Assembly: GCA_031279515.1 (NCBI GenBank) | Contig: JAITII010000111.1 | Location: 103 to 64,102, forward strand | Reading direction: 5' to 3' | DNA length: 64,000 bases | From: Deltaproteobacteria bacterium | GTDB taxonomy: Bacteria; Desulfobacterota; Desulfarculia; Adiutricales; Adiutricaceae | Shown: positions 38,539 to 46,760 of the stretch, piece by piece | Numbering within the stretch: the first letter of the stretch is position 1 | Layout of the letters: each line of letters opens with the position of its first letter | Program-made: the position numbers and the translations under genes | The notes under the pieces: generated by a model | The model's input: the letters and a program-made list of their open reading frames with translations, nothing else | Database searches by the model: none | Told to the model about the DNA's origin: nothing

Positions 38539-41418
38539 ATGAATAAAATAATCATTTTACTCATATTAATGATGTCTTTATTAATTTGCAGCCATTCTTT
38601 TGCTCAAAATGACCAGCTCTTGGATGAAGCCATAGAGCAAACTACCAGTCGCCTTGAAGCTTTAAGGGACAGTTTCGGTCTGCTCCACGAGGACACCCTA
38701 AGTTCATTGGACGAACTAATAGGCCTCTACCATCAAAAGGGTCTGTGGACCACTACCCTTGCCCTGGCAGACGAACTCATAGCTATGAGAAAACTCTATA
38801 ACGGCCCAGAGCATATCCTCACCTTAAGGGCCATGGCCAGGTGCCGAGACCTTCACTTTGAACTTGCCAATTACAACCTGGCCCAAAACTTGGCTCTAGA
38901 GGTCAAAGAAGCCGGAGATAGGCTTTTGGGTGAATGGGACCCCTTTACTATAGATGCTACCTTTAAGCTCATCTTAGGCCACTATAGCCTGGGGGAGACC
39001 CTGGAGGGCTTAAGGGTCTTAGATCTTTTAAGGGACGCTCTCACAAGTAATACCTCCTTGGCTCCAAGCTTCGAGTCAATATTGAGAGCCCAATATCTTT
39101 CCGCACTGGGCCATTTTCTTCTTGGTGACTACGAAGGGGCGGGCCTATTTGTCGATGTCATTTTAGAAGATCCTTTGCTACAAGACTTTCCAGAGCTCTA
39201 TATTGAGGCTTGGGCCCTCAAAAGAAACATCCTTTACTTTTCCGCAGATTTGGAAAACTACCTCATTTTAAAGGACCAGCTTTTGAGCCCGCAAGCCGTC
39301 TATGACCCTAGCTTACCTATAGCCCTTAAAGAAAACACCATCTTTGCCGCAGAGCTTTCCGCCCTTAGGGCCCCGGAAGCCGGGGCCCTCTATCGTGATA
39401 TCTTGGCCCTAGCCCAAGATAAGCTGGGACAAAGGCATCCCATAACTTTAAACATTCTGCTATCCTACCGCTCCCACCTCTTATCCATTGGCCAAGAGGA
39501 GGGTTTGGAAATGATATCCAATATTGCCAAAGAGCTTCCCTTCTCCGAGGCCTCCTTTCCCGTAGATTTGGATCTCTTACCTGCCCTAGAGCTCATGGAA
39601 GAAGGAAACTATAGTGAGGCCTTAGGGCTTCTACAGCAGATCCTTTTCTATAAGCTAGCTATCCTTGAGCACAATAACCCCCACCTCACCTTCCTCTATA
39701 CCCTCTTGGCAGAGGCTTCCTTTAAGGCCAGCCAGAGGGAAAATAGCTTACTAATATTTAAGGCAAGGCTTTTTAGCTATCTTCAAGGAGATTACCCTCC
39801 AGAGCGCCCTAGCTTGAATCTGGAAGAGGCGGTCTTTTACGCCAAGTTAGCCTGTGAGTATACACAAGAGCGCGAGTTTGCCCAGGAGCCTAACCCCTAT
39901 TTTGTACCCACTCCCTTTGTGCTGGAAAATAGGTACCACCTCCTTGCCAGTTTGCTTCTCTATTCAGACGACAGGATGCCTGAGGCCCTATTTGCCATGG
40001 ACCTAGTTAGGACCTCTGAACTGGAGGGCTTCAAGGACCAAAAGCACAATATTGGGCTCATGACAGACCCGGAAAGGGAGATAAAAGACCTACTTGACGC
40101 CAATGTGCGCTCTTTGCGCCTCTATAACCTCCAAAGGACCTCCCATTTGCTCCAAGTAGGAGATATTTCACTAATAAGTCTCCCGATGGAGCTGCCCCAG
40201 GATTTGACCCAATCCTCTCAAAGCTTTTTCGCAGCTCTCTTGGAGAGCCTCCAGGAGGCCATGGGAAGAACCCCTAAGACACTACCCTTAGCTGCCCAAG
40301 ACGATCCGGAGGTATTGCGTTTTATCGAGGCCTTAGGCGAAGACGAAGCCCTTATCCATATCTTTCTGGCAGAGGAAAGCTCCTTTTTAGTCATTTCCAG
40401 GCCAGCGGGGGTCTATAAAGTAATGACCAAGGTCCCCAAAGAACGGTACCTGGAAGCCATAGAGGCCTTTAGGGAATCTTTGGGAAATATTGGCCTTGAG
40501 TCCTTGGTGGCCTTAGAAGAGCTCCATAGCCTAAGTATCCAAACCCTTTTAGACAAGGGCTATTTAGAGCCCGACAGCATAAGCAAGCTCTTTTTCTACC
40601 TAGATGGCCCCATGCGGCAGATCCCCATGGCCGCTCTCTATGACGGCCAAAGATTTCTGGTGGAATCCTATACTATCCAACTCTATCCCCCCAACGCCTC
40701 CAAGGCTCACATGGGACCTGTGGCCAAGGAGGCCAATATCATAGGCTTGGCTACAAGTTTACCCTACCATGGGCTAAATCCTCTTTTAGGGGCAGAATTG
40801 GAAACCTCCCTCATAGTCAAAGACAAAGACAATCCCCAGGGCCTCTTTCCCGGTACAAAGGCCATAAATAAGAGCTTTACTTACGAATTTTTAATAAATG
40901 CCCTAAAAAAGCCCCCGGACCTCATCCACATTGCCACTCATTTTCTCTATAACCCCATAGATCACCGTAATTCCAAGCTTTTAATTGGAGATGGGGATTT
41001 AAAAAGCCTTGCCACCATGGATTTGGATGCTAACTTCAATTTTGCCGGCACCCGCTTAATAGCCCTTTCCGCATGTGAAACGGACCTAGGGCCCCCTTCA
41101 GAAGACGCCAGGGAATTGGAAAGCCTGGCTAGTCTTATTGTCATCCGAGGCGGCGGCTGCGTCCTCTCCACCCTCTGGAAGATAGATGACGGGGCAACGA
41201 GAACAATCATGGAGCTTTTCTACCTAAACCTTTCTGACGGATATACCATAGCCCAAAGCCTTGCCAGGGCCCAAGTAGCCGTCATCAAAGGTCACCTTTT
41301 GGAAGCTTCTGAAAACCCTAGGGGAGATATCCTCACTAGTGCTACCAATCCCGGGCTGACATGGGATGCGCACCCCTACTTTTGGGGCCCCTTTGTGCTA
41401 AATGGCGCCTGTAATTGA
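38539..41418 (+). CDS. Secreted TPR-repeat / CHAT (caspase-like) domain protein
   Basis: 959 aa with a signal peptide (MNKIIILLILMMSLLICSHSFAQ). The N-terminal two-thirds are helical and TPR-like. The C-terminal CHAT domain has the His/Cys dyad context LIHIATHF and LIALSACETD. Confidence 0.85.
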   Translation: MNKIIILLILMMSLLICSHSFAQNDQLLDEAIEQTTSRLEALRDSFGLLHEDTLSSLDELIGLYHQKGLWTTTLALADELIAMRKLYNGPEHILTLRAMARCRDLHFELANYNLAQNLALEVKEAGDRLLGEWDPFTIDATFKLILGHYSLGETLEGLRVLDLLRDALTSNTSLAPSFESILRAQYLSALGHFLLGDYEGAGLFVDVILEDPLLQDFPELYIEAWALKRNILYFSADLENYLILKDQLLSPQAVYDPSLPIALKENTIFAAELSALRAPEAGALYRDILALAQDKLGQRHPITLNILLSYRSHLLSIGQEEGLEMISNIAKELPFSEASFPVDLDLLPALELMEEGNYSEALGLLQQILFYKLAILEHNNPHLTFLYTLLAEASFKASQRENSLLIFKARLFSYLQGDYPPERPSLNLEEAVFYAKLACEYTQEREFAQEPNPYFVPTPFVLENRYHLLASLLLYSDDRMPEALFAMDLVRTSELEGFKDQKHNIGLMTDPEREIKDLLDANVRSLRLYNLQRTSHLLQVGDISLISLPMELPQDLTQSSQSFFAALLESLQEAMGRTPKTLPLAAQDDPEVLRFIEALGEDEALIHIFLAEESSFLVISRPAGVYKVMTKVPKERYLEAIEAFRESLGNIGLESLVALEELHSLSIQTLLDKGYLEPDSISKLFFYLDGPMRQIPMAALYDGQRFLVESYTIQLYPPNASKAHMGPVAKEANIIGLATSLPYHGLNPLLGAELETSLIVKDKDNPQGLFPGTKAINKSFTYEFLINALKKPPDLIHIATHFLYNPIDHRNSKLLIGDGDLKSLATMDLDANFNFAGTRLIALSACETDLGPPSEDARELESLASLIVIRGGGCVLSTLWKIDDGATRTIMELFYLNLSDGYTIAQSLARAQVAVIKGHLLEASENPRGDILTSATNPGLTWDAHPYFWGPFVLNGACN

Positions 41419-41470
41419 AAAGTTTCTAAAAATAAGAACTTTTTTCTGTACTGGAAATAGCAAAAAAATC

Positions 41471-41516
41471 TTTGCGCTTTCTCCACAAACGCAAAAATAA
41501 TTTTGCGTTTTTTGCG
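41471..41516. promoter_or_regulatory. Candidate upstream activator sites: inverted repeat TTTGCG-N13-CGCAAA plus two TTTTGCG direct repeats
   Basis: The inverted repeat runs from TTTGCG (41471-41476) to CGCAAA (41490-41495). The direct repeats TTTTGCG are at 41501-41507 and 41510-41516. They lie 100-145 bp upstream of the candidate -24/-12 element. Confidence 0.3.
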
Positions 41517-41614
41517 TATTTTCCCTCCCCTTTGCCCTCTGAGGGCCTTGGGCACCCCTCCTTAAACTTACCCACTAAGCCACATCTAGTTTTCTCTCCA
41601 ATAAAAACCCCTCC

Positions 41615-41630
41615 TGGCCCTTCCTTTGCA
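41615..41630 (+). promoter_or_regulatory. Candidate sigma-54 (-24/-12) promoter TGGCCCTTCCTTTGCA upstream of mttB
   Basis: The GG and GC dinucleotides have the canonical spacing (TGGCAC-N5-TTGCA consensus; one mismatch in the -24 hexamer). It lies about 190 nt upstream of the mttB ATG. Confidence 0.4.
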
Positions 41631-41821
41631 AAGAGAATTATAGGTTTTCGTTTTTTTATACTGGTCCAACTCATGGGCAATAAATGGGGGAGCCGGCCCC
41701 CCATTATCAATTTGTACTTGTATAAATAGTAGCCACATGGGTGCAACTAGTTTCTTATCCACATACCCTCAAAGGGAAAGAATTTTCTGTATGCTTCTCA
41801 ATTTCCGTAAAGGAGGTAACC

Positions 41822-43312
41822 ATGAGACGCGATCAATTCGCCGGTTACAACACCAGCGGAGGATTTAGGCTCCGTCCTTTCACTAAGGAGGAACTGGACC
41901 ATATCCACCGGGCGACATTGGAGGTCTTAGAGCATCAGGGCATTTTCGTCCAACACGACGAAGCCTTAGAGCTCTTTGACCGGGCCGGGGCTAGGATCAA
42001 TACCAAGACCAAAATAGTAAAGATCCCCGCCTTCTTGGTGAAAGATGCCTTGGATTCCACGCCAGAGACGGTGGTCATGCACGCCAGAGATCCCAAGCAA
42101 GATGCCGTCATCGAGTCCAACCGCGTAGCTTTCACTAACTTCGGTGAGGCCCTAAACGTTTATGACATTAATACCGGGGTACATAGGGAGACCTGCAAGC
42201 AGGATCTGGCCGACATGGCCACCATCATCGACAAGCTGGATGTAATCTCCGTGGTGGAACAGCCCGCAGGTTCCCACGACATGCCCCAGGAAATCGGGCA
42301 TCTTCACGACTACGAGGCCATCATGAACAACACCAGCAAGCACGTTGTCATGATGCCCCACAACATGGAGATTGCCGAGCTCTTGGTGCGCATGTCCGAG
42401 ATTGCCGCAAAGGCCCATTTCCCCAACGATCCGGTGGAAGACCACCGCATTTTATCCTTTTTAATCTGCCCGGTGAGCCCCTTGAGGCTCCTGGAGCCAA
42501 CCTGCGACGTCATCATCGTTGCCGCCAGAAACAACTGTGTTTGTAACGTACTTTCCATGGCTATGGCAGGCGGTTCCAGCTCCGTGCACCTGGCTGGCAC
42601 CCTGGTAACCCACAATGCCGAAGTGCTCTCGGGTATAGTACTAAGCCAGCTCGTGCGCCGCGGCGCACCCGTCATCTACGGCAGCTCCACCACAGCTTTT
42701 GACCTCCGCACCGGGGCCGCCGCCGTGGGCTCCCCTGAATTGGGGATGATAGGTGCCGCAGTGGGAGCCATGGCTCAATACTACAATCTGCCCAGCTGGA
42801 CGGCAGGTGGGTAGGCGGACAGTAAGGTTGCAGACGCTCAGGCGGCCTACGAGTGCACCATCACTGCACTCTACCCAGCCCTCGCCGGCGTCAACCTCAT
42901 CTACGGGTTGGGTATGCTGGAACTGGGAGTCACCTTCGATTACTCTCAGCTCCTTATTGGCTCTGACATAGCCGAGATGATACTTTACAGTTTGAAGGGA
43001 ATTCCGGTTACAGACGAGACTTTGGCGGTTGAGGATATCAAACAGGTAGGATCCTTTAAAGATTTCCTCACTCACAAGTCTACGATGAAGTACCTCCGTT
43101 CCCAGTCTTTTGCCCCTTACAGTGACCGCCGTATGCGCCACAATTGGCTCAAAGACGGAGGCAAGGACATGACTCAAAGGGCCCTAGAAAAGGCCAGGGT
43201 CATTTTGAACACCCACAAACCCTTGCCCATCCCAGAAGATGCCAGAAAGGCCATAAGGGAACTTATCAATAGGGAGGAAAAGGTTAGAAATCTCAACCTT
43301 TCCGCAGCCTAA
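41822..43312 (+). CDS. mttB: Trimethylamine:corrinoid methyltransferase MttB with in-frame UAG (pyrrolysine) at 42812-42814
   Basis: Track ORFs 41741-42814 and 42908-43312 share one frame and the 31 codons between them are open. The MttB-family sequence is continuous across ...YYNLPSWTAGG-[TAG]-ADSKVADAQAAYE.... AGGAGG lies 7 nt before ATG 41822. The true stop is TAA at 43310, followed by a strong terminator. A pyl cassette lies immediately downstream. Confidence 0.92.
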
Positions 43313-43334
43313 AATCCCAATTGCTAAGAATTTA

Positions 43335-43371
43335 AAAGGCGGGACGCCCTAGGGGCTTTCCGCCTTTTTTT
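43335..43371 (+). terminator. Rho-independent terminator after mttB
   Basis: AAAGGCGGGACGCCCTAGGGGCTTTCCGCCTTTTTTT: a long GC-rich stem followed by a 7-T run. Confidence 0.7.
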
Positions 43372-43442
43372 ATTAGGGGCTTTAGGGTATAATATTATAC
43401 TTAAGTTTTATGTCCTCCAATACACTCCTAAGGGAGGTGTGA

Positions 43443-44297
43443 ATGCAATTTTCCAATGACCAAATTAAACGCCTCACTGAGATGGGAGCAGCTCCAGAAG
43501 ATTTAGAAGAAGTATTTCCGGATAGCGCTTCGGCCAACAAGGCATTTCAAAAGATTGAAACTAGGCTATCTAGGAAGCTTTCAGAGGGCATAAAGAATTA
43601 CTTAAAAAATGGCTCTAGGCCAGAAGGGGCTATTTTAAAGGAAAAGCTCTCTGTGGCACTTTGTGACTTCGGGTTTTCCGAAGTGGAAACGCCCCTTATA
43701 GTCTCTAAAAAATTGTTGGAGCGCATGGGCTTAGATGATGAGAGTGCCCTAACAAAACAGATTTTCTGGCTGGATGCCAATAGGGCTATTAGACCCATGT
43801 TGGCCCCCAACCTCTATTACCTCCTGGTGGATCTCCTGCGCATAGCGCCCCACCCTGTCTCCATCTTTGAAATAGGCCCTTGCATGCGCAAGGAGAGCCA
43901 AGGCGCTCGCCACGGTGAAGAGTTTACTATGCTCAACATCGTTGAGATGGGCCTTAAAATGGAAGATAGAATGGCCAGGACCCTTGCTTTGGCCCGCTTG
44001 GTACTGGAAACCATAGGAATTCCCTTTGAAAGCTGCAAGGTGGAAGAAGAAAGTTCCACCGTCTATTCCACTACCTTGGATATAGTGAGCCCCCAGGGAC
44101 TGGAATTGGCCTCCACAGCCATGGGGCCGCACCCCTTAGATGCCCCCTGGAGGATAGATGTCCCCTGGGTGGGCCTAGGCTTTGGCATAGAGCGCCTGCT
44201 CATGGCCTTAAAGGCGCAAAAAGGGGAGACAGTAAACCTGGCGAAGGTCTCAAGGAGCCTTTCATACCTGGGCGGCTTCCGCCTGAATATTTCTTAA
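43443..44297 (+). CDS. pylSc: Pyrrolysyl-tRNA synthetase, catalytic C-terminal protein (bacterial split form)
   Basis: 284 aa with class II aaRS core motifs RPMLAPNLYYLL, IFEIGPCMRKESQG, EFTMLNIVEMG and VGLGFGIERLL, and the C-terminus SLSYLGGFRLNIS typical of PylS. The RBS is GGGAGG. Confidence 0.93.
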   Translation: MQFSNDQIKRLTEMGAAPEDLEEVFPDSASANKAFQKIETRLSRKLSEGIKNYLKNGSRPEGAILKEKLSVALCDFGFSEVETPLIVSKKLLERMGLDDESALTKQIFWLDANRAIRPMLAPNLYYLLVDLLRIAPHPVSIFEIGPCMRKESQGARHGEEFTMLNIVEMGLKMEDRMARTLALARLVLETIGIPFESCKVEEESSTVYSTTLDIVSPQGLELASTAMGPHPLDAPWRIDVPWVGLGFGIERLLMALKAQKGETVNLAKVSRSLSYLGGFRLNIS

Positions 44298-44305
44298 GGC
44301 AGAAT

Positions 44306-45193
44306 ATGACACGTCTAACCTCCGAACACCTTCTAGACGGTTTCGACGAAAGGGGTTTTTCCCAGTTCCTCTCGAAACAATTGCATACGGATATCTTCCA
44401 TCTCACTTGCCGCGCCTGGGATTTGGATCCGAAAAAACTGGCAAGTAAGTTAAAAATGAAGAAACTAGCCGCCATTAGAATAAGTTCCGGAGAAGGTACC
44501 ATCACCGGCTTTGCCGAAATTGTAGCTGAAGCGGCTTCACTTATGGGGCTCCTTGCAGAGGTCATGGAAGCCCCAGATGATGAGGGCTTTATTGAGGCGC
44601 ATAATTGGGGAGCGGACATCTTGGCGTACTCGGATGACTGGGACTTTGTGGCCCAAACAGCGGACAAAAGCCGCACTATACATAACAATCCCGCCACCAG
44701 TCGCATCTATGTCTCTAGTTTAGAATTTTTAGTGGGCACAAGTCTAAAGGGCTTAGATGTCCTGGTTTGGGGCTTGGGACCAGTGGGTTTGGGAGCAGCC
44801 TTTAGGCTTTCAGAGCTAAAAGCTAAAGTCCACCTCTACGACACGGACCAGGGTGCCCTTCTAAAGGGTGAAAAACTAATCCCTGGGGCAAGTTCCATTA
44901 AAGGCGAAGGGGCCCTTTTAGATTATCTCAAAAACTATCAAAAACCCATTATTTTCGAGGCAGTACCACAAGAGGAGCTAATAGGGTCCCTAAGCCTAGA
45001 GTCCCTCTTTGAGGGAAAGGCCCCAAGAGTAGCAGCCCCTGGGGTGCCTCTATCCTGGCCTTTTAACTGGCTTAAGGGCGAAAACGGCTCCCTTTTCCAC
45101 GAGCCCTTGATGGCAGGGACCGCCTCCATGCTAGCCGGATTATGCGTAGAAGATTATTCTCCCCAATACGGCAAGGCCTTGGAAATTTTATAA
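44306..45193 (+). CDS. pylD: Pyrrolysine biosynthesis dehydrogenase PylD
   Basis: 295 aa with the PylD-like layout: AAIRISSGEGTITGF (compare the VPVTSGNGIIGNF type), Rossmann motif VLVWGLGPVGLG and C-terminal PLMAGTASMLAGL. Confidence 0.85.
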   Translation: MTRLTSEHLLDGFDERGFSQFLSKQLHTDIFHLTCRAWDLDPKKLASKLKMKKLAAIRISSGEGTITGFAEIVAEAASLMGLLAEVMEAPDDEGFIEAHNWGADILAYSDDWDFVAQTADKSRTIHNNPATSRIYVSSLEFLVGTSLKGLDVLVWGLGPVGLGAAFRLSELKAKVHLYDTDQGALLKGEKLIPGASSIKGEGALLDYLKNYQKPIIFEAVPQEELIGSLSLESLFEGKAPRVAAPGVPLSWPFNWLKGENGSLFHEPLMAGTASMLAGLCVEDYSPQYGKALEIL

Positions 45194-45267
45194 ATAAGGG
45201 CACAAAGCGCATATTTAGATGATTTTACTTTTACTTACTTACATTCTTTGATGATGAAAATATATCT

Positions 45268-45341
45268 GGAGAGCGGATCGGATTATGATCACGGGGACTC
45301 TAAATCCCCGCAGTCGGGCGAGACACCCGGGCTCTCCGCCA
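45268..45341 (+). tRNA. pylT: tRNA-Pyl (anticodon CUA at 45300-45302), CCA encoded
   Basis: The hand-folded structure is:
- acceptor stem GGAGAGC/GCTCTCC
- one nt (G) between the acceptor and D stems
- a 5-bp D stem with a 5-nt loop (GATTA)
- a 6-bp anticodon stem CGGGGA/TCCCCG with loop CTCTAAA
- a 3-nt variable loop CAG
- T arm TCGGG-CGAGACA-CCCGG lacking the T-psi-C-type GTTC sequence
- discriminator G, then CCA
These are the known idiosyncrasies of tRNA-Pyl. Confidence 0.9.
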
Positions 45342-45354
45342 TTTTAGGTGTGTT

Positions 45355-45714
45355 ATGGTAGAAAACGTCAATACCAAGAGGGTAGCCAAGAGATACTACC
45401 GTAAAAAGAACGACCTTTTCTCACTTTTGGAAAAGATTAAGCTGTGGCCCTCCCGCTCCGGTAGACTCCACGGTATCTTGACTATAACCATACACGGAGA
45501 GATGGCCACCATCACCACCCACTGCGGAAAGACTTTTCAGGTCCGCAACTCCCGCAACTCCCGGGCAGCTAGGTGGTTGCGCAACAAGTACTATTCTGGC
45601 GCCTGCACGGCTTGCGGCGTGCCGGAATGGAAGCTGGCCAAATACGGCCAGACCTTTTTCAGCCGCAGCTACGGCGCCTATTTAAAACCCGGGGATCTAA
45701 GGTCATGCAAGTAG
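45355..45714 (+). CDS. pylSn: Pyrrolysyl-tRNA synthetase N-terminal tRNA-binding domain protein
   Basis: 119 aa. The segment LWPSRSGRLHGILTITIHGEMATITTHCGKTFQVRNSRNSRAARWLRNKYYSGACTACG resembles the archaeal PylRS N-domain (..LWMSRTGTIHKI...[24 protein letters not shown]..). It starts 13 nt after the tRNA and ends in TAG (45712-45714). Confidence 0.88.
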   Translation: MVENVNTKRVAKRYYRKKNDLFSLLEKIKLWPSRSGRLHGILTITIHGEMATITTHCGKTFQVRNSRNSRAARWLRNKYYSGACTACGVPEWKLAKYGQTFFSRSYGAYLKPGDLRSCK

Positions 45715-46760
45715 CATACAAAGACATAACTGACAAGGCCCTGGACCTTTATCCCTTGGGACATGAGGAGCTCACACGCCTTATCTTGCCTAAAGATGAA
45801 GACGAAAGGGAACTTTTGCATTCATCTGCCAGGACTCTCAGAAAACGCTTCACAGGATCACTTATTTTTACCTACGGGTTCATCTATCTATCCACCATCT
45901 GCCGCAATGACTGCAGCTTTTGCTTCTACCGCAAATCCAATGGGAAATCCCACAGGTACCGTAAGACCCATGAGGAGGTAATAAGAGCTGCCAAATCCTT
46001 AGCCGAACAGGGAGTAAACCTTATTGACCTCACCATGGGAGAGGACCCTGATGTGGAAAAGAGGAGCTACTTAGAAGACACGGCCACCCTCATCCGCGAG
46101 GTCTGTCAACACACCTCCATGCCGGTTATGATCTCCCCGGGACTTATCTCCTCTTACGGCCTTGAACTCTTCCGTGAGGCAGGGGCACTCTTCTACGCCT
46201 GTTACCAAGAGACCCATAGTCCCTCCCTCTTTGGACTCCTGCGCTGCGGGCAAAGCTATGCCGCCCGCTGGAGCGCCAAAAAAAAGGCTAAAAAGACGGG
46301 GCTTAAGGTGGAAGACGGGGTCCTCTGCGGGGTGGGCGAAAGCGTAAAGGACCTGGCTAACTCCATCCTCTCCATGAAAGAATTGGGCGCAGCCCAAGTA
46401 CGGGCCATGGCCTATGTACCACCACCCACTGGTAAAAAAGAGAACTCCTCACCTTCTAAGGCCGCCCGCCGCCGCGAGCTGGACATGATAGCCGCCTTGC
46501 GCCTAAGTTTTCCCAATGCCCTTATCCCGGCATCCTTGGATGTGGAGGGGGTAGCGGGACTTTTAGACCGCTTAAATGCCGGCGCTAACCTTATAACCTC
46601 CTTTGTCCCAGCCTCCCAAGGCCTGGCAGGTGTTGCCCAGGCAGCTTTAGACATTGAAAACGAGAGCCGCTCCCTTCATCATGTATTGCCACTTTTAGAG
46701 CAATTAGGACTTACTGCTGCAAGCCCGCAAGAATACATAGAAAAGGTGAAGAGCTTATGA
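45705..46760 (+). CDS. pylB: Methylornithine synthase PylB (radical SAM)
   Basis: The start is taken at ATG 45705 (MQVAYKDITDKALD); the track start at 45573 lies inside pylSn. Motifs are CRNDCSFCFY, LTMGEDP, MISPGL, YQETH, VEDGVLCGVGE and IPASLDVEG...RLNAGANLITS. Confidence 0.93.
   Translation: MQVAYKDITDKALDLYPLGHEELTRLILPKDEDERELLHSSARTLRKRFTGSLIFTYGFIYLSTICRNDCSFCFYRKSNGKSHRYRKTHEEVIRAAKSLAEQGVNLIDLTMGEDPDVEKRSYLEDTATLIREVCQHTSMPVMISPGLISSYGLELFREAGALFYACYQETHSPSLFGLLRCGQSYAARWSAKKKAKKTGLKVEDGVLCGVGESVKDLANSILSMKELGAAQVRAMAYVPPPTGKKENSSPSKAARRRELDMIAALRLSFPNALIPASLDVEGVAGLLDRLNAGANLITSFVPASQGLAGVAQAALDIENESRSLHHVLPLLEQLGLTAASPQEYIEKVKSL

Noticed and set aside
41426-41746. 106-aa minus-strand ORF (and 85-aa plus-strand ORF) in the mttB upstream region.
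   Set aside because: The composition is low-complexity, with no RBS and no family resemblance. The region is better explained as the promoter and leader of mttB.
42641-43177. Long antisense ORFs in the track lying inside well-supported genes. Examples are 42641-43177(-) and 42152-42675(-) within mttB, 44200-44706(-) across pylSc/pylD, 57290-57994(+) and 57226-57600(+) within atpA, 18413-18868(-) within the kinase, and 59027-59521(+) within atpF.
   Set aside because: Each lies opposite a gene with clear family motifs. They have no recognisable motifs, RBS or independent support. Such ORFs are typical shadows of coding regions.
45573-45704. The 44-codon N-terminal extension of pylB given by the track.
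   Set aside because: The extension lies in another frame of pylSn. PylB homology begins at MQVAYKD (ATG 45705), which has its own purine-rich RBS.
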